From IMG/VR virus record IMGVR_UViG_3300009162_000006: a stretch of DNA of 20,000 nucleotides; one strand, 5' to 3'. Of the stretch, positions 16,263 through 20,000 are shown piece by piece (within the stretch, counting starts at the first letter, position 1; the number at the start of each line of letters is the position of its first letter). The stretch comes from an uncultured virus (IMG/VR IMGVR_UViG_3300009162_000006). Taxonomy: Duplodnaviria; Heunggongvirae; Uroviricota; Caudoviricetes. The notes beneath the pieces are model-generated. The model was not told the DNA's origin and ran no database searches. It saw only the letters and a list, made by a program, of their open reading frames with translations. The translations under genes and the position numbers were made by a program.

Positions 16263-16549
16263 CAGTACCGTCTCCGCCGCAGCCGCAGATATCGACGCCT
16301 TCGCGGGTAGGGCTTGCCCTCGGCCTTCGCCTTCGCGCGCCGAGCCCGCTCGCGCTCGATCCGCTTCTTGCGGCGTTCTCTTCCCCTCTTCGCCGCGCGG
16401 CGTCTCTGCTCGCGAAAAAAAGCCTCCTGTTTTTTGTGACGGACGGCCGCGCGAACCTGCGCGAGCTCGGCCTTCTTCACCGCCGCCACGATGAACTCGA
16501 GCGCGGTGGCTATGCGCTCGAGTGATCTGGCGCTCTTGTTGATGGCCAT
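16259..16549 (-). CDS. Highly basic Arg/Lys-rich protein (96 aa)
   Basis: GAGGGAG RBS before ATG. 26 Arg + 11 Lys by hand count, ending PRRRRYLRLRRRRYW. Its stop is coupled to the first GT. Confidence 0.65.
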   Translation of the reverse strand: MAINKSARSLERIATALEFIVAAVKKAELAQVRAAVRHKKQEAFFREQRRRAAKRGRERRKKRIERERARRAKAKAEGKPYPRRRRYLRLRRRRYW

Positions 16550-16576
16550 TGTGTTGCTCCCTCTTGTCGAAAACGA

Positions 16577-16831
16577 CTACCTCAAGAACGGGAACGTCCG
16601 CGTGACCTCGACGTTGATCGTGCCCGCCGGTTTGAGTCCTGGCATCCAGAACGGCTCGACGGTGAACGGGCCATAGAACTGCGGCGGTTGGTACGGTCGA
16701 TAGTACGGTCGCGACTGCTCGAGTTGGCTGGCGTAGTAGTCGAGCCAGCTCAGCGGCACCTGCGTGATGCCCTGAGAGCGCCAAGCCGCCGAGTTCTGTC
16801 TCATGCTCGCGATGATCTCCTCGACCGTCAT
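16577..16831 (-). CDS. Hypothetical protein (84 aa, Pro/Tyr-rich)
   Basis: GGAGG RBS before ATG, with TAGACT at 16855-16850 just upstream. Protein-like composition. Confidence 0.65.
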   Translation of the reverse strand: MTVEEIIASMRQNSAAWRSQGITQVPLSWLDYYASQLEQSRPYYRPYQPPQFYGPFTVEPFWMPGLKPAGTINVEVTRTFPFLR

Positions 16832-16852
16832 TTCACTGCCTCCGCCGACAGT

Positions 16853-17146
16853 CTAACCCGGACCCCGCAGGCGCTGCTTGCCGAGCTTTGCCAACCCCCG
16901 AGCGACGAACGCCATCATCTCCTTGCGCGCTTTGGCCGGGTCCCTCTCGTACTGCTCGACGAGCCGGTCGATGCCCCGGGCGGCGCTCTCGGCGGTCTTC
17001 TCGACGCGGGCCGCGAAGCGGTCAGGGTCGTCGATGATGTCGTCGAGGACGCGGTCGAGGACCTTCACCGCCTTCTTCCACCGTTTGGAGGGCCGGCGGG
17101 CAGGGCGCCGGCTCTGTGGCCTCTTTGCGAGCTTTTTGGATGCCAT
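16853..17146 (-). CDS. Hypothetical basic helical protein (97 aa)
   Basis: K/R-rich N-terminus MASKKLAKRPQSRRPARRPSKRWKK, then amphipathic helices. Fits the gap between its neighbours. Confidence 0.65.
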   Translation of the reverse strand: MASKKLAKRPQSRRPARRPSKRWKKAVKVLDRVLDDIIDDPDRFAARVEKTAESAARGIDRLVEQYERDPAKARKEMMAFVARGLAKLGKQRLRGPG

Positions 17147-17234
17147 GTGCCGTCGCTATGCCATCTATCAGTACCCTCCTGTATAGCGCCGTCACAGTTG
17201 ACGAGTCCAGTCCGATCGACGACGCTCCGGCCCG

Positions 17235-17798
17235 ATGAGCTTAAAACCACTCGTTGCCGTCGCCACGCTGGCTCTGGATGCGCTGCCCGGACCGCGCCCA
17301 CCGGCGACACCGGTCATCGCAGAAGCCGTAGCGAGCGCCTCGGAGGAGGCGACTTGCACGGGCGAGTGGGCGACCCTGGATTTCTGCACCCCGGTGTGGT
17401 CAGGACCACCGGAGAAGCTCGTCGTCGCGGAGGTCGCCGTCGGCTGGTTCGAGTCCGGTTTTCAGGAGCGGATCCAGGCCGGTAGGTGTCGAAAGTACGA
17501 GTGCGACGCGAAGTACGGTCCCGGCGGGGTCTTCCTCGGCCACCGAGCGCGCTCCTACTGGCAGCTACAGAAAACGAGCTTCGTCGCGCCGTTCTGGGAC
17601 GACATGGTCGGCTCCGATCCGATGCCGACGTTCGAGGCGGCCCGGGGCGCCGCGCGCGTTCTCGGGGCTGGTTACAAGCGGTGCCACTCTCTCGGCGGCG
17701 CCGTGAGCTGGTACGCGACACACGACTGTTCGGCGGCTGACAAGCGCGCCGCGTACGCGGAGCTGCTCTTCAAGAAGACTCATTCTTCGGGGCAGTGA
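17235..17798 (+). CDS. Putative exported lysozyme-fold / lytic transglycosylase-like protein
   Basis: Hydrophobic N-terminus. AVGWFESGF (catalytic E-S motif), ARSYWQLQ (G-x-x-Q equivalent), AVSWYATH (A-x-x-x-Y-N equivalent); six Cys. Confidence 0.6.
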   Translation: MSLKPLVAVATLALDALPGPRPPATPVIAEAVASASEEATCTGEWATLDFCTPVWSGPPEKLVVAEVAVGWFESGFQERIQAGRCRKYECDAKYGPGGVFLGHRARSYWQLQKTSFVAPFWDDMVGSDPMPTFEAARGAARVLGAGYKRCHSLGGAVSWYATHDCSAADKRAAYAELLFKKTHSSGQ

Positions 17799-18067
17799 CC
17801 GAAGGCGCGGTTGTGCCGGAGAATCTTCGCCCACCGGTGGAAGGCCTTCGCGAGCTTGCTCGTGACTGAGCCCGAGCCATTGCACCAGTTGCACGTGAGC
17901 TCGACGTCGACCGTGCGGTAGATGCCGTCGAACTCGACGACGCGCTTCACCTTGCGCGTGCCGCGCCCGCCGCACGCCTCGCACGGGTTGAGCGTGTCGC
18001 GCTGCTCCTCGGGCTTGCTGAGCCGCTCGAGCTTGAAGCGGTCCGAGTCTTTTCGGCGCTTTCCCAC
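17780..18067 (-). CDS. DnaJ-type zinc-finger small protein
   Basis: Two CxxCxGxG motifs (CEACGGRG, CNWCNGSG) and no J domain. Confidence 0.75.
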   Translation of the reverse strand: MGKRRKDSDRFKLERLSKPEEQRDTLNPCEACGGRGTRKVKRVVEFDGIYRTVDVELTCNWCNGSGSVTSKLAKAFHRWAKILRHNRAFGHCPEE

Positions 18068-18078
18068 GGGGAAGAAGT

Positions 18079-18333
18079 CTAGTCCGATTTGTCGGGATCG
18101 GACACTTTCTGCACTTCGGGTGGCGTGAGCTTCTGGGAGACCTTCTCCATTTTTTGCGACGTCGCGCGGATCTTCTGACGGGCTAACTTCATCGCCTCGC
18201 GCGGGTCAGTCTCACGAATCGCCTGCACCTCGGATGTGACTGGATCGTCTTCGTCCTCTTCTTCGACGGGGATGATCGGTGCGGGCACTGATGGGAACGG
18301 GTCGGGTAATTCCAAAGTCGGGTCCGATGGCAT
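18079..18333 (-). CDS. Hypothetical protein (84 aa; Pro/acidic N-terminus, basic helical C-terminus)
   Basis: C-terminal part of track ORF 18079..18768. GGAGG lies upstream of ATG 18333 (alternative coupled GTG at 18342). Confidence 0.55.
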   Translation of the reverse strand: MPSDPTLELPDPFPSVPAPIIPVEEEDEDDPVTSEVQAIRETDPREAMKLARQKIRATSQKMEKVSQKLTPPEVQKVSDPDKSD

Positions 18334-18338
18334 CTCCG

Positions 18339-18716
18339 TCACCTCCGCATTCTCTGCTCCTTGAGCGTCCTCATGATCTCGTTCGCCTCGGTGAGTGCTT
18401 GGGTCGTCTCCTCCAATTTTTCGGAGACGTTCTTCAGCGTCTCGCGCGTCGTCGTCAACTCCTGGGTCAGTTGAACGATCACCGTGTTCGACTTGTCCGC
18501 GAGCTTTAGCATCTCGGTCGTGTTGTCCTTCGCGTCGACCTTCGCCTGGTCCTTCGCTTTCAGGAGCTCGCGTATTGCCCACACCAGCGCCACCGTCACG
18601 ATGACCAACGCCAGGCCGAGCGGTCCCGACGTCGCCAGGTCCCTCACCCCCTCGGTAACGCCCGGTGCCTGGCGGAAGTTTTCCGCGAACGACCGGAGGC
18701 GGGAGCTTTCGATCAT
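18339..18716 (-). CDS. Putative holin (BhlA-like: single TM plus coiled coil)
   Basis: LATSGPLGLALVIVTVALVWAIRELLK followed by a long coiled coil. Starts 3 nt after the endolysin stop. Confidence 0.6.
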   Translation of the reverse strand: MIESSRLRSFAENFRQAPGVTEGVRDLATSGPLGLALVIVTVALVWAIRELLKAKDQAKVDAKDNTTEMLKLADKSNTVIVQLTQELTTTRETLKNVSEKLEETTQALTEANEIMRTLKEQRMRR

Positions 18717-18719
18717 TCT

Positions 18720-19532
18720 TCACGCGGCCTCCGGCAACGAAGCTGCCTCGACCTCCGCTGCGGCCCACGTCTCTTTTCCAACTACGCCGTCGACTTTGAG
18801 AGGTTTGCCAGTCACCACGTTCTTGTGCAGGCCCTGCCAGATGACCGTCTCGTGCTCCGTGATCGGTCCGAAGGCTCCGTCTGCGGCGACGCCGAGGAAG
18901 CGCTGCCAGTCCTTCACGGCCTCACTGTGTGATCCGCGCTGGATCGTCGGCTGCTTCGGCGAGTTGAAGATGCCACCGATCACGCGCGCGATCTTCTGCA
19001 TGACGGTCGGCGTCCCGTCGGGCATCGGCTCTTCGAGCGCGGTCGCTGCAGCCTTCACCGCACCGAGCAACGCCTTGTAGTGGTTGTTGATTCGGTCCGC
19101 CTGCGTCTTGCCGAAGCCCTCGTAATATTTTGTTTGACGGAGCTCGTAGCTCACGCCGTACAGGTTGCCGTTCCGCGCCTCGCGCAAGACGCTCGGCCTG
19201 TCCTCGTACATCACGTGGACGAGGCGAGCCCAGCCCTTCTCAGGAGTCGCGTATTTACCGAAGCAGATCTCGTACGACGTGCTCGTGCCGTCAGGGTTCG
19301 GGTGCGTGTCGCGGTACAAGAAACTCGTGGCGGGATTGCACGGCGGGCGACCGCTCTGGTCGGCGCCGATGTTGTTCGACCCGACGCCCGCGTTTCTCCA
19401 CAGGTCGCCGTAGCCGGTCTCGAGCTTGCCGACGCCGCAGAGCGCCTGTCGCACTGGTCGAGTGACGTCGTTGGGCAAGCGCTCGCGCAGCGCCGCCTCA
19501 CCGTAACGAGCCGCCTGCGCGTGCGATGTCAA
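18720..19532 (-). CDS. Endolysin: GH73 glucosaminidase-like catalytic domain plus C-terminal PG_binding_1 domain
   Basis: KLETGYG...NNIGA...FGKYATPEKG...TKYY in the N-terminal part. PTIQRGSHSEAVKDWQRFLGVAADGAFGPITE...WQ...LKVDGVVGKETW in the C-terminal part. TTG start coupled to the upstream TGA. Confidence 0.85.
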   Translation of the reverse strand: MTSHAQAARYGEAALRERLPNDVTRPVRQALCGVGKLETGYGDLWRNAGVGSNNIGADQSGRPPCNPATSFLYRDTHPNPDGTSTSYEICFGKYATPEKGWARLVHVMYEDRPSVLREARNGNLYGVSYELRQTKYYEGFGKTQADRINNHYKALLGAVKAAATALEEPMPDGTPTVMQKIARVIGGIFNSPKQPTIQRGSHSEAVKDWQRFLGVAADGAFGPITEHETVIWQGLHKNVVTGKPLKVDGVVGKETWAAAEVEAASLPEAA

Positions 19533-20000
19533 CGGAGCTCCTTGATAATGCTCCCGAAGAAGGGCCCGACCTCAGCGGTGCCGGTGGCGCTGACAACGCG
19601 CATCTTGACGCGCGCCTCGGTCGCGTTCGCTGGTCGGATGATCGCTCGCGAGCGGCTCTCATCGCTCGAAGCGACCGTGCTCGTCGACGGCTTGTAGAAG
19701 CCGGGTATCTCCGCGGCGAGCGGGTTGTTGTCGGTGTCGCACCACGAGATGCGGATGAAGCCGGCGGTCGTGTTCGAGAAGTTGTCGAGGAGGCCGCCCG
19801 CGTCGAGCTCGTAGAGTTTTCCGGGAACGAGCGTGTAGATGCCGGTCGCGGCGTTGTATGAGATCGAGCCGTTCAAGAACTTCGTGTCGGGGAGCAAGAT
19901 GTCCGACCCGTTCGACACGGTCTGCACGGCGCTCCCCCTCGTCTCGATGAGGTCGAGCGTCCCCGCTGTCTGGAGGTCGTCGAGAGTCTTCGACACGAGC
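19529..20000 (-). CDS. Putative fibre/spike protein with C1q/BclA-CTD-like domain, 5'-truncated; paralog of 158..742
   Basis: Frame open to the right edge (LVSKTLDDL...). NGSISYNAATGIYTLVPGKLYEL is a C1q-like segment, and the protein is colinear with 158..742. Confidence 0.65.
   Translation of the reverse strand, partial: LVSKTLDDLQTAGTLDLIETRGSAVQTVSNGSDILLPDTKFLNGSISYNAATGIYTLVPGKLYELDAGGLLDNFSNTTAGFIRISWCDTDNNPLAAEIPGFYKPSTSTVASSDESRSRAIIRPANATEARVKMRVVSATGTAEVGPFFGSIIKELR

Noticed and set aside
16263..16784. N-terminal extensions of track ORFs 15066..16784, 10418..11647, 9130..9810, 8891..9532, 18079..18768 and 6653..7348 (possible fusions)
   Set aside because: The extensions overlap better-supported genes and read as low-complexity shadow sequence. 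Internal starts (coupled or RBS-supported in most cases) explain the real proteins.
17780..18067. dnaJ chaperone gene
   Set aside because: It has only two CxxCxGxG motifs, with no J domain or HPD motif.
1..20000. CRISPR array, tRNA/rRNA, IS element, integrase/att site, DGR or invertible fibre cassette
   Set aside because: No regularly spaced DNA repeats, RNA gene signatures, transposase, recombinase or reverse transcriptase were seen. The shared fibre motif is similar at the protein level only. Frequent TCGA/CGCG words appear to be genome-wide composition, not a repeat family.

Overview
This window looks like a 20-kb segment of a GC-rich bacteriophage or prophage. It is gene-dense and mostly on the minus strand. 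No capsid, terminase, integrase, rRNA, tRNA or CRISPR was recognised, so the viral call rests on the lysis and fibre genes. Read right to left in transcription order it carries: (1) a truncated C1q/BclA-like fibre gene, an endolysin (GH73-like plus PG_binding_1), a BhlA-like holin and small accessory genes, with a second, probably exported lysozyme-fold enzyme on the plus strand; (2) a gap-free, translationally coupled 13-gene operon (16549->7345) with an Arg-rich leader protein, six glycosyltransferases, three SAM methyltransferases, a DUF4254-like protein, a Zn-finger protein and an NDP-sugar epimerase/dehydratase; (3) plus-strand inserts (gmd, a myxobacterial-style Cys-rich lipoprotein and a hypothetical gene); (4) an operon of putative virion fibre/spike and membrane proteins (5035-><1). 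Two observations stand out. First, there is a near-complete virus-encoded pathway for a methylated deoxy-sugar glycan beside the structural genes, a candidate virion glycosylation system. Second, a ~35-aa N-terminal motif is shared by different fibre-like proteins and repeated about three times in tandem in a 108-aa protein, a candidate modular fibre-docking system. All family calls come from motif recognition by eye, not database searches.
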